From a virus (Duplodnaviria > Caudoviricetes), in IMG/VR virus record IMGVR_UViG_3300043416_000201, positions 1-56,405 of that record: a DNA stretch of 56,405 bases. One strand, given 5' to 3'. Of the stretch, positions 47,255 to 54,921 are shown in pieces; position 1 is the first letter of the stretch; each line of letters opens with the position of its first letter. The position numbers and the translations under genes were made by a program. Below the pieces are notes generated by a model. The model searched no databases. It was not told where the DNA came from and worked only from the letters and a program-made list of their open reading frames with translations.

Positions 47255-47923
47255 TTAGTGTTTCTTGTTGAACTCGCATGTCTTCACAGGGCACCAGCCG
47301 CACAGTGGCGTTTGGTTTGGATTCCATACGTTGTTGGTAAAGCTGGCTTCGAGTCGAGCGGTACGCTCGCGGTATTTCCACCAGATTGCATCGGCTTGCT
47401 CGCGCATCATCTGCATACGAACCATATCATTCTTGACCAAAAACAGCAACGCTGAGTTGACCTTGCGGATGTGCGGGAAGTAGATGAAGACCATGATCGA
47501 CATAAGCATCAACTGCTCGCGGTCGGGGTACTTGTTGTTGCCTGTCTTGTAGTCCACCACCCACGCTGTCAGGTTGTCGTCGTCGATGATGAGCAAGTCG
47601 GCAATGCCTCGAACCCATACGTCTTTCGCTTTCCAGTCAGTAGGCTTCAAGTCAGTAGTCAGCGCCATCTCAAACTCGGGGAGCTTGCGGCCGGGCTTGT
47701 CCATCAACTTGTCCACCACGTCTTTGAATTGCAGGTGCTCGGGTGGGATTGGTTTGCCGTCACGCACATATAACTCCAAGCTCTCGTGAACCTGTGTGCC
47801 GTAGCGTGTTGCCTCAGTCTCGGTGAACGGGTAGTTCTTCAAGACCTTGACTTCGTGATAGCGCCGAGCGCAGCCCTCAAAATCTTTGAGGGAGGAATGT
47901 GACCAAGCGATTTGTTTTTTCAT
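47255..47923 (-). CDS. PD-(D/E)XK (Cas4/RecB-like) exonuclease (222 aa)
   Basis: WSHSSL...C...GTQVH...RGIADL...VDYKTG...QL...CGWCPVKTC. Confidence 0.88.
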   Translation of the reverse strand: MKKQIAWSHSSLKDFEGCARRYHEVKVLKNYPFTETEATRYGTQVHESLELYVRDGKPIPPEHLQFKDVVDKLMDKPGRKLPEFEMALTTDLKPTDWKAKDVWVRGIADLLIIDDDNLTAWVVDYKTGNNKYPDREQLMLMSIMVFIYFPHIRKVNSALLFLVKNDMVRMQMMREQADAIWWKYRERTARLEASFTNNVWNPNQTPLCGWCPVKTCEFNKKH

Positions 47924-48093
47924 GGGTAGTGGTGGTTTATTTGTTGGAACATTGAGAAAGCCATTTCGATTACCGAGTATTTAAGGGTCTGCATGAGCGC
48001 GTAGCCAACGCCGTCCGGAGTGCAAAGCATGAACTGCCGCCCGTTTCTGTCACGTACCAAACTAAACCCCCGCAGCTCCATCAAGTCGAGCAT
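47920..48093 (-). CDS. Hypothetical protein (~57 aa; start uncertain)
   Basis: Fills gap in operon; ATGA overlap downstream. Confidence 0.45.
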   Translation of the reverse strand: MLDLMELRGFSLVRDRNGRQFMLCTPDGVGYALMQTLKYSVIEMAFSMFQQINHHYP

Positions 48094-48103
48094 CGCTTGC
48101 TCG

Positions 48104-48400
48104 TCAGAGTTTTGCGGAGTTAACTGCATCGCACAAACGATTTGCAAAGGCTGTAACGAAACGCTCGTTGTCCCACAGGTCGTGGCCCATGTCGTACAGG
48201 ATGACGTGCGTCAGCTCGTGCCAGAACGTGTCGTCAACTTCCGCTGGCTCGAACGCGTTGCCATGATCGTCAAACACCGCGATGTCGATGCGCTTCTCGT
48301 CGAAGTATGTGCGGCCATAGGATGCAGGGTCTTGCACAGTCTGTGGTCGGTTGATTGTGTAGGTGTGTTTGCCTACGGTGATTTGCTTTGGTATCTTCAT
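48104..48400 (-). CDS. Small HExxH metallopeptidase-like protein (98 aa)
   Basis: DTFWHELTHVIL...NERFV. Confidence 0.7.
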   Translation of the reverse strand: MKIPKQITVGKHTYTINRPQTVQDPASYGRTYFDEKRIDIAVFDDHGNAFEPAEVDDTFWHELTHVILYDMGHDLWDNERFVTAFANRLCDAVNSAKL

Positions 48401-48609
48401 GATGCTTCTCCTACTTGTTTTAGTAACCTCTTAACGTCGCGCTCTAGTTGCTTGAAGGCATACCTATCGCTTGGCGTTATGCTGAACATGATGTACTTGC
48501 CGCTGGGGTGGGTGACTCGGCCGTGCGCATTACGCGAATACACCCAGCCTTGTTTCACCAACTTACCAACAACACGGTCCATGTCCTTGCAATGCGCGAA
48601 CTTGAACAT
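48397..48609 (-). CDS. HicA-like protein (70 aa)
   Basis: LVKQGW...H.RVTHPSG...TPSD.YA...RDVKR; GGAGG RBS. Confidence 0.5.
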   Translation of the reverse strand: MFKFAHCKDMDRVVGKLVKQGWVYSRNAHGRVTHPSGKYIMFSITPSDRYAFKQLERDVKRLLKQVGEAS

Positions 48610-48620
48610 CGTGACCTCCG

Positions 48621-51554
48621 TTAGTTTTTAGCTAACCCATACCGAACATGATGACCACCATCCGCATCAAGCGGAATACCGGGCATGTACTTCGGCTCCA
48701 TAGTCATCTGCGCCAAGACCCAAGTCTTAGCGTCAGCTGCTTCTTCTGCTGGTGCAACAGCAATCAATTCGTCATGCACTGTGCCCTTCACAGGGTAGCG
48801 TTTCTCAACGCGTAGCATGCCGTCAGTCATCACGATACGCGCAACACCTTGCACGATGTTGTTGGTAATCTTACCTGCGTAGAGCTTCGTAGGCGTAACG
48901 CCTTCTTCGCCGTAGACCCACTCTTTTTCTTTCAGAGTTCTGATCGTACCATCGGCCAGCTTCTCGGTCTTGTTGACTTGACGGAGATTAGGATACCGCA
49001 AACTCATGCCGTTTGGCAAGACGATTTCTTCCTTCTTGAACGTAATGCACTTGTAAGTATGCTCGTGCCCATCGTGCAGTGCGCTCACCATCAACGAGGA
49101 ACACATTTCCCAGAAGCCAACCACGGGGTACGCTGTGCTGCGGTAGATGTCGATGATCTTCTTAGCCGCCACACAATGCGTGAGAAGTTCTTCCTCGGTG
49201 CAGGTGTGGGGAATCTCAGCCATCTTTTCTAGGTTGTCTTTGTAGTCGATGAACGCTTGAACGTATGTCGCGTTGACTCCAAGTTTCTTCGCAAACGATT
49301 TGTCATAGCGTTGCGGTGGCGCACCGAGGAATCCGACCAGTAGTTGTGCTGCGAAAGACGCCCACCCGAGGCCGTAACCGCAGTTGTGCACAACCATCGG
49401 ACCCTCACTGGTGAGAATCGTGTAGCTATTTCTTGGCCCCGCGTAGGCAATGTCGTAAGTCTGCATTTTCTTTTTCAAGCTCATGAACTCTTCGCTTGAG
49501 GGCTTCGACGTCACGTGCTTTGATCTTGCGTTTGTTCGACATGTTGACGCTTCTTGCAACGAAGCGTAGGTTCTTTGGTTGGTACCCTTTGTCGTTGTTG
49601 ATGCGGTCGAGTTGGTACTCTGGAATATCCCAGCCATCCAACCTAACAAGGTAGCGCAAGAACTCAACGCGATTGCTGACCCATTTCGGATGCACCGTGA
49701 TGCCTCGACCACCATAGTCTTGGTAAACGGCGTTGCTTGGGTTTGTGCATCGGCTAATGATGGAGCTGATTCTGTTAAGTAAACGCTCTCTGTGCGCAGC
49801 GTCTGGGCACACTGATTCAAACCCTTGCTGAGCCAGTCGCGTAGCCGTGGACTTCTTCTTGGCGCAGTCGTTGCATCTTGTTGTCCGTCCTGCACGGAGG
49901 TTAGCTCTTTCAACCAAGCCTTCCCATCCGCACGAGCACCGCATGCGGGGCTGATAAGCGAACCGACCTTTCCACTCGGGTCCATGAGGGCGGCGTTCCC
50001 AGCCGATGCAAGTGAGTTCCCCAATGACAGCGCCGACTGCAAAAGGGAGAGGCTTGCTAGGGCCTCTGACCACTCCGCCCATCCATGTTCCGTCAGAATT
50101 TCGTGGTCCGCAGTTGCAGCCACTCCCAGTGCCCACAGCACTTCCTTCTCGCCTTGCGGCACTACCCCTTGATGACATACCCATTCCTCTCCGTCCCAGA
50201 CCATATCCGTAGCCTGCACCCCAATGATAGGCAACCAGCCACGATCTGTCAACACCAACGTGTCCGCACCGAAGCAACCAAGTAACGCGCTTTTCGCAGA
50301 CTGCCGCAGGTCTGGATGAGAGTCTTTGGTGAGTCCGGGTATGTTAAACATCTGCGCTCCAAATGCGGCGTAAGGGTCACCACCAGAGCGGAAGATGTCA
50401 AGCATGTCTTCGTAATCCGCAAGCCACGCGAGTACTCGCGGTTCAATTTGTGAGAGGTCTCCGACGACGAGTTCGTAGCCCTCGGGAGCCATAATTGCTT
50501 TGCGTAAGAACGAACCTCGCTTGAGGTTTTGCATGTTGATCGCGCTTCCCTTGCTCGCAGTCCACCGACCAGATAACGCGCCGTAGTACGAGAGCGGCAC
50601 AGGGAGAGCGCCTCGTCGTGAGATGTCGAGAAAGCGTTGAGCTCGTGTTCGCTCAGTCGTAGACTTAACTTTAAGGCGTGCCTCGCAGAGAAGTGATACG
50701 TCTTCGTTAGCTCCGTTGAGCAGTTGTTGAAACAGCGCATCGTTTTTTGCAAGCGCAAGAGTTTGCTTACCAGTGGTTTTACTTTTCTTATAAGGCGCAG
50801 GTGTGCCAAGAGATTCAAGTACTTTCGCGAACTGTATGTTCGACGCGAGCGCAGCTTCTTCCACGCCGAGCTTCTCAAGTAAGGCTTCACGTTTTGTGCG
50901 TTCGTCATAGAGCGCGTCCTCCAACATTGGCCCGTCAAGTACGAGCAGGGGTTCGGTGTACATCTTCAGCGTCATGTTGATGAGCTGAAGTTCTTTGCTT
51001 GGGTACTTGCCTCTCAGCGTGTCGGTCGTCGGTTCGTAACCAATGTAGAGCTTGCCGAAGATTTGCTCGCAAAGAAATACGTCGTGTTGACAGTAAGCTG
51101 CGAGTTCTTTCTCCATCTGCGGATTGAGTTCCTCGACGCCATCGGTGGAGTACACGGCCTTGCCTTTCGCTGGTAGCCCGAAGACTTCCGCGAGCTTGGC
51201 AAGGGAATTTCCGACTTCGACACCGCGAAGAGCGCGAGCCATGCTAAGACTGTCAAGAATGAAACAAGGTCGGACACCGTAGACCCACGATAGGATGGAG
51301 ACGTCAAACTGAGCGTTGTGTGCAAGCACAGCAGTAGTGGACCAGTCAAAGGTAGAAAAAATTCGCGGTAGCTCTTCATGGGTGTACCACTGGATGTTGC
51401 CGTCACTGCCGTAGACGTGCACGCATGCGCCGAACGCTTTGAATCTTGGGTCACGAACATACTCCTCGGTTGTCATCTTGGACAGCGTGTACTCGCGGCT
51501 GTCCCAACGCGTTTCGAAATCAATCGTTACGATCTGTTTAAATGGTGCGCTCAT
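48621..51554 (-). CDS. polA: Family A DNA polymerase precursor containing an intein (977 aa; ~679 aa after splicing)
   Basis: ExoI IDFET, ExoII AHNAQFD, ExoIII YCQHD; motif A DLSQIEPR; motif B RQSAKSALLG/CGYG split by the intein; motif C TVHDE. Confidence 0.95.
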   Translation of the reverse strand: MSAPFKQIVTIDFETRWDSREYTLSKMTTEEYVRDPRFKAFGACVHVYGSDGNIQWYTHEELPRIFSTFDWSTTAVLAHNAQFDVSILSWVYGVRPCFILDSLSMARALRGVEVGNSLAKLAEVFGLPAKGKAVYSTDGVEELNPQMEKELAAYCQHDVFLCEQIFGKLYIGYEPTTDTLRGKYPSKELQLINMTLKMYTEPLLVLDGPMLEDALYDERTKREALLEKLGVEEAALASNIQFAKVLESLGTPAPYKKSKTTGKQTLALAKNDALFQQLLNGANEDVSLLCEARLKVKSTTERTRAQRFLDISRRGALPVPLSYYGALSGRWTASKGSAINMQNLKRGSFLRKAIMAPEGYELVVGDLSQIEPRVLAWLADYEDMLDIFRSGGDPYAAFGAQMFNIPGLTKDSHPDLRQSAKSALLGCFGADTLVLTDRGWLPIIGVQATDMVWDGEEWVCHQGVVPQGEKEVLWALGVAATADHEILTEHGWAEWSEALASLSLLQSALSLGNSLASAGNAALMDPSGKVGSLISPACGARADGKAWLKELTSVQDGQQDATTAPRRSPRLRDWLSKGLNQCAQTLRTESVYLTESAPSLADAQTQATPFTKTMVVEASRCIRNGSAIALSSCATLLGWMAGIFQSTNSTASTTTKGTNQRTYASLQEASTCRTNARSKHVTSKPSSEEFMSLKKKMQTYDIAYAGPRNSYTILTSEGPMVVHNCGYGLGWASFAAQLLVGFLGAPPQRYDKSFAKKLGVNATYVQAFIDYKDNLEKMAEIPHTCTEEELLTHCVAAKKIIDIYRSTAYPVVGFWEMCSSLMVSALHDGHEHTYKCITFKKEEIVLPNGMSLRYPNLRQVNKTEKLADGTIRTLKEKEWVYGEEGVTPTKLYAGKITNNIVQGVARIVMTDGMLRVEKRYPVKGTVHDELIAVAPAEEAADAKTWVLAQMTMEPKYMPGIPLDADGGHHVRYGLAKN
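49383..50276 (-). mobile_element. Intein (298 aa) in PolA motif B
   Basis: Block A CFGADTLVLTDRG, block B ATADHEILTEHGW, block F TYDI, block G VVHN followed by Cys+1. Confidence 0.93.
49426..50178 (-). CDS. HNH homing endonuclease encoded in the -1 frame inside the intein (start uncertain: 50277 TTG, or 50184/50178/50082 ATG)
   Basis: GELTCIG...CSCG...NLRAGRTTRCNDC; RCTNP...YGGRGITV...W...F...QLDRINNDKGYQPKNLRFV...NMSNKR. Confidence 0.88.
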   Translation of the reverse strand: MSSRGSAARREGSAVGTGSGCNCGPRNSDGTWMGGVVRGPSKPLPFAVGAVIGELTCIGWERRPHGPEWKGRFAYQPRMRCSCGWEGLVERANLRAGRTTRCNDCAKKKSTATRLAQQGFESVCPDAAHRERLLNRISSIISRCTNPSNAVYQDYGGRGITVHPKWVSNRVEFLRYLVRLDGWDIPEYQLDRINNDKGYQPKNLRFVARSVNMSNKRKIKARDVEALKRRVHELEKENADLRHCLRGAKK

Positions 51555-51772
51555 TCTGTATCTCCGTGTGAGAGCAACGCACGCTTGCATCGCTCGATAA
51601 GCCACAGCGCAGTGCCGCCGTCAGCGTAGGTTGATGAAAAATATTCTTCACCATCGGCTGTGTACCCGACAATGACAAACCCCTCGAACTTACCTTTGAG
51701 GTTTTCAAGAATGATGTCGGGTGTCAGGTCAAGTTTGGTTATGCCTGTGAAGGGGATTACTTTCGCAGTCAA
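51551..51772 (-). CDS. Hypothetical protein (73 aa)
   Basis: AAGGAG RBS; coupled to polA start. Confidence 0.75.
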   Translation of the reverse strand: MTAKVIPFTGITKLDLTPDIILENLKGKFEGFVIVGYTADGEEYFSSTYADGGTALWLIERCKRALLSHGDTE

Positions 51773-52068
51773 TTCATCATCTCCTTGGGTGGTGCATCGA
51801 CCGTGTTTAAATCCATCAGCGCCATGCCGAGCTTCGACACGAGTACGCCTGCTTCCAGTTCTGTGCAGTTGATTGTCATAAGCTCAGCCTTGTCGTCTCC
51901 GTCGCGGCCAGCGATCAACACAGCGCGGTAGTCATCGTGCAGGTAGCACTCGATGATGCCCTTCACAACCACACGCAGGTGGTCACGCTGTTGTTGGCTT
52001 AGCTGGTCGATCTTCGCCATGAATTCCAGCGCCTCTTTCGTCTCGCCTATCGTTCGTCTTTCTTGCAT
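51769..52068 (-). CDS. Hypothetical protein (99 aa)
   Basis: GAGGAG RBS. Confidence 0.75.
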   Translation of the reverse strand: MQERRTIGETKEALEFMAKIDQLSQQQRDHLRVVVKGIIECYLHDDYRAVLIAGRDGDDKAELMTINCTELEAGVLVSKLGMALMDLNTVDAPPKEMMN

Positions 52069-52346
52069 AGCAACTCCTCTAGTTCGTTTAAATTGTCTTC
52101 GTTTACCACGATGGTCGTGCCGCCGCTCTCACGGATGCGGCGCATGTTGTCTTCTTGCAAGGCTGTCGTCTTGCCCTTGCCTGCCTTCGCTTCGATGCCG
52201 ATGAAGTGACCCTCATGACACGCCAAGAAGTCAGGAACGCCGCTGCTCCCATAGCCCGTACCAATCGGCATAGCGTAGTATGTCCGTGTGGTGTCCAGAA
52301 TTTTTCTGATCTGCTTTTTCACACGACTCTCTGGAGTTGACGCCAT
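52047..52346 (-). CDS. VRR-NUC nuclease / resolvase-like protein (99 aa)
   Basis: TPESRVK...GVPDF...FIGIEAKAG...TALQ. Confidence 0.88.
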   Translation of the reverse strand: MASTPESRVKKQIRKILDTTRTYYAMPIGTGYGSSGVPDFLACHEGHFIGIEAKAGKGKTTALQEDNMRRIRESGGTTIVVNEDNLNELEELLCKKDER

Positions 52347-52358
52347 TTCTTGTTTCCT

Positions 52359-52754
52359 TTATAAAAGTGAGGGGGCTAGTAGATTTGCTGAGCAAACTTC
52401 TGCACATAACTAGGCAAACCAGTACCCCAGAACTTGCTGTTCTCTTCGTCGCAGTACTTGTCGAGGTCTTCCCCCTTGAGGTACTTAGGCTCGCCGTCAA
52501 GAACCATCACGTCCTTGGTGCGCAGTACAGCGTAGCGGTCTTTGCTTTGCGACAGCTTGTCGCGTTCGTCACGAAAATACCTCGCTTGTGCAATGTACTC
52601 GTCGCGCTCCACCGCCAACACCTCTATGCGCTCTTTGAGTTTCTGATTCTCTTGTTGCAACGTCATGCGCCTACGCTCATGCGGTTTGGTTTTCCAATCG
52701 GGTTTTGTCATGATCTGCTCCTGTTAGTTATAAGGGTGAGGGGGCTAGTAGATT
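52359..52754. repeat. Direct repeat pair (19 bp exact; 27 bp with 2 mismatches) flanking one gene
   Basis: GTGAGGGGGCTAGTAGATT at 52367-52385 and 52736-52754. Confidence 0.85.
52376..52711 (-). CDS. Hypothetical coiled-coil protein (111 aa)
   Basis: AGGAG RBS; bracketed by direct repeats. Confidence 0.75.
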   Translation of the reverse strand: MTKPDWKTKPHERRRMTLQQENQKLKERIEVLAVERDEYIAQARYFRDERDKLSQSKDRYAVLRTKDVMVLDGEPKYLKGEDLDKYCDEENSKFWGTGLPSYVQKFAQQIY

Positions 52755-52850
52755 ACGCACCCCCTCGTTGCGTTGAGAGCGGATGGTGTAGGGACAATCC
52801 TGTTTGGCCGAGGCCCACACCACCAACAAAATGTGTTCGCATCTACAAGG
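52738..52850 (-). ncRNA. Candidate structured leader RNA with possible pseudoknot
   Basis: Stems 52782-92/52814-24 and 52738-45/52759-66 (G-U on minus strand); GUAGAU at 52841-46 is complementary to loop AUCUAC at 52748-53. Confidence 0.4.
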
Positions 52851-52877
52851 CTTGCACACGTTGCTTCATGAATTACC

Positions 52878-53093
52878 TCAGCCTGTCAGTTCCTTTAATT
52901 TCTGCATGTAGTGTTCGAGCTTGCCAATGTCGTACTCATCCTTCTTACCTTGGCGCAGTGAGTACTTGATGATGTTGCCCTTCAAGTACCCGATAAATTC
53001 TTCACGCGTAAGCACGTGCTCCATGATTACCCACGGCTGTACTGCCATGTCTTTGTAGTGGCTACCGCCAACTTGTCTGTCGTCTGCTTTCAT
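52878..53093 (-). CDS. DUF3310 (SaV-like) protein (71 aa)
   Basis: QVGGSHY...GYLKGNIIKY..R.GKK...DIGK..HY. Confidence 0.85.
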   Translation of the reverse strand: MKADDRQVGGSHYKDMAVQPWVIMEHVLTREEFIGYLKGNIIKYSLRQGKKDEYDIGKLEHYMQKLKELTG

Positions 53094-53569
53094 GCGATCT
53101 CCTTTGGTTTGATGCGTCGTAGTTTCTTGGTGCGGTGAATCTCGGCAACGATGTCCATCGCCATCTCCATGTCGCGCACAGTTGTTTGATCTAGCTGTGC
53201 GTCATGAATCTCCATGACAAGGTTCATAGCGACTAACTCCTGCGCCTTGAGGATGAAGCGCCCCGACGCAACGCCACGTGAACCTACGTCAAACAGAGCG
53301 TCTTGCCCTGCCTCAATTTCTTCCTGCCAATCAGCGCCCAGCTCGGGCCGAAGGCGTGCGTATGCTTCGCACATGTTGAACGCGCCAATCAGAATATCCA
53401 CATCATCTTTGGTCGCGTCACCTCTTCGCAATGTGTCCATCGCGGCGTGGTTCCTAATGCGAAGGTCTGTGCCTACTGAGATAGAGCTGAACGGTTTGAG
53501 TCCCGCCAACACCCAGTTCACGGCGTCAATCCGAACGCCCTTTGGTTTATACCTAGACTGCTTACGCAC
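53090..53569 (-). CDS. Hypothetical protein (159 aa)
   Basis: AAGGAG RBS with GTG start (VRKQSRYKPKG). Confidence 0.75.
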   Translation of the reverse strand: MRKQSRYKPKGVRIDAVNWVLAGLKPFSSISVGTDLRIRNHAAMDTLRRGDATKDDVDILIGAFNMCEAYARLRPELGADWQEEIEAGQDALFDVGSRGVASGRFILKAQELVAMNLVMEIHDAQLDQTTVRDMEMAMDIVAEIHRTKKLRRIKPKEIA

Positions 53570-54113
53570 ACACTTCTCCTTCGAACTTGTTGCTTTTTCT
53601 AATGTTGACTTCTGCAAGGCACACGCGAAGGTTTTGAAAAACATGCAGCCCGCAAACAGTACGCCCCTTCAAAGGAACTATGTGGTCCACGTGCACCTTA
53701 AACCCCGCAGAACGAAACTCCTGCGCCAACTCGTACACACTACGAACCGCTTCCGCGTCGAACCACGGCGGTACTGCTTTCAAAAGCGTTGCTCTGTTAG
53801 CGTTGCGTCGCAGAAGATTCTTTACAGGGTTGTCCGCAATATACGCCAGCACGCGTGCTCTCGCCTTGTTGGGGTCTGCCCAGTACTTGCTTTGCGCCCG
53901 AGCTCTGGCCGAAGCCAAGACCTTGTCTTTGTTCTTCGCAACATACTGGAGCTGTGTCTGTGCGATCTGCGGTTTATTTTCCGCGTAATACTTCGCGCTG
54001 TGCGGCTTCCAACAGGTCTTGCACCAAGGGTGCCGCCCGTCTTTCTTGCTTTTATCCTTATAGAACTTTGTCGGTTCTTGTTCCGTGTTGCAACACGTGC
54101 AGATTTTTTTCAT
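53562..54113 (-). CDS. Free-standing HNH endonuclease with N-terminal Zn finger (183 aa)
   Basis: CTCC...CKTC; PPW...HVDHIVPLKGRTVCGLHVFQNLRV...NIRKSN. Confidence 0.88.
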   Translation of the reverse strand: MKKICTCCNTEQEPTKFYKDKSKKDGRHPWCKTCWKPHSAKYYAENKPQIAQTQLQYVAKNKDKVLASARARAQSKYWADPNKARARVLAYIADNPVKNLLRRNANRATLLKAVPPWFDAEAVRSVYELAQEFRSAGFKVHVDHIVPLKGRTVCGLHVFQNLRVCLAEVNIRKSNKFEGEVCA

Positions 54114-54252
54114 GACGATGCTCTCGTGCTTTTTGTTTGTCTGTGAAATATACATCGCACACCTTACAGTAAATCAACATACCGCTTGATGTGCGATGCC
54201 CACCGTGAGCACGCTCAACGGTGTAGTTAGTCCTCACTAACTCAAACATCAT
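54058..54252 (-). CDS. Small Zn-finger-like protein (64 aa)
   Basis: YCKVC...H.H. Confidence 0.55.
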   Translation of the reverse strand: MMFELVRTNYTVERAHGGHRTSSGMLIYCKVCDVYFTDKQKAREHRHEKNLHVLQHGTRTDKVL

Positions 54253-54443
54253 TCCGTAACGTGTTTGGGAGTGCAGGTGTGGATGTGCGGCTCGTTTGGT
54301 TTAAGCCAGAACTCTTTGCCGCAGTCGGTACAGACAACCTTCTCGCGCTGGTTCTTCCAGATGTTGTCATAGTTGTTGCTGTATGCGTTGTGGTCTGTTG
54401 GGCGCATGGCCCCGCCCTTACCTGCTTCGTGGTACTTAGTCAC
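54249..54443 (-). CDS. Small CxxC protein (64 aa)
   Basis: AAGGAG RBS; CTDCG...HTC. Confidence 0.65.
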   Translation of the reverse strand: MTKYHEAGKGGAMRPTDHNAYSNNYDNIWKNQREKVVCTDCGKEFWLKPNEPHIHTCTPKHVTE

Positions 54444-54609
54444 GATGAAACTCCTTTACGTAGATTGCGAATGATGCGGCGGTGTCGCCGAACACTTTCA
54501 TGTTCTCGATTGATTGCGCGATGGCTATGACAGCGGCGTTCCAGCCTGTGTCGAAACTTGTCTGCGCTACCTCGGCGAGTACCTGTTTGATTTCGTCTTT
54601 ATCGACCAT
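54436..54609 (-). CDS. Hypothetical protein (57 aa)
   Basis: Read manually: MVDKDEIKQV...; AAGGAG RBS. Confidence 0.65.
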   Translation of the reverse strand: MVDKDEIKQVLAEVAQTSFDTGWNAAVIAIAQSIENMKVFGDTAASFAIYVKEFHRD

Positions 54610-54920
54610 CACTTAACTCCTTTTGGCATACCTGCCTTTTGATACACAAAGAAATCTGTGGGTGCCAGCTTGACCTGCTTAGCAACCTTCTCACCATTCG
54701 AACTAAGAAAGTCGGGGTGATATGTTTTTATGTAGTCGGGGTGGAAGGCATTGATGATAGTGGGGAACGCCTCGGGATTCAAGACGCTACACCCCTTGTC
54801 GTGGTCGAAGGTTGTCAGGTTCATAGTGGGCTCTCCGGTAGTTGTTGACGTTGTTGTTTCTGATACTCCTTGATCTGTTGTGGAGTCCAAGGTATCGGTG
54901 GGTGTGGTGGGAAGGGCCAT
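54609..54920 (-). CDS. Hypothetical protein (~103 aa; start uncertain)
   Basis: Thr-rich N-terminus; TGATG coupling downstream. Confidence 0.55.
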   Translation of the reverse strand: MALPTTPTDTLDSTTDQGVSETTTSTTTGEPTMNLTTFDHDKGCSVLNPEAFPTIINAFHPDYIKTYHPDFLSSNGEKVAKQVKLAPTDFFVYQKAGMPKGVK

Positions 54921-54921
54921 G

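Noticed and set aside
49383-50276. Split intein or frameshifted polA pseudogene
   Set aside because: The polymerase frame is continuous through the intein with all catalytic motifs intact; no stop separates the N and C splicing halves
50249-50938. 229-aa ORF in the third minus-strand frame overlapping polA just upstream of the intein
   Set aside because: S/R/T-rich with no motif and no clear RBS; looks like a shadow of local codon usage. Unlike the nested HNH it has no family signature.
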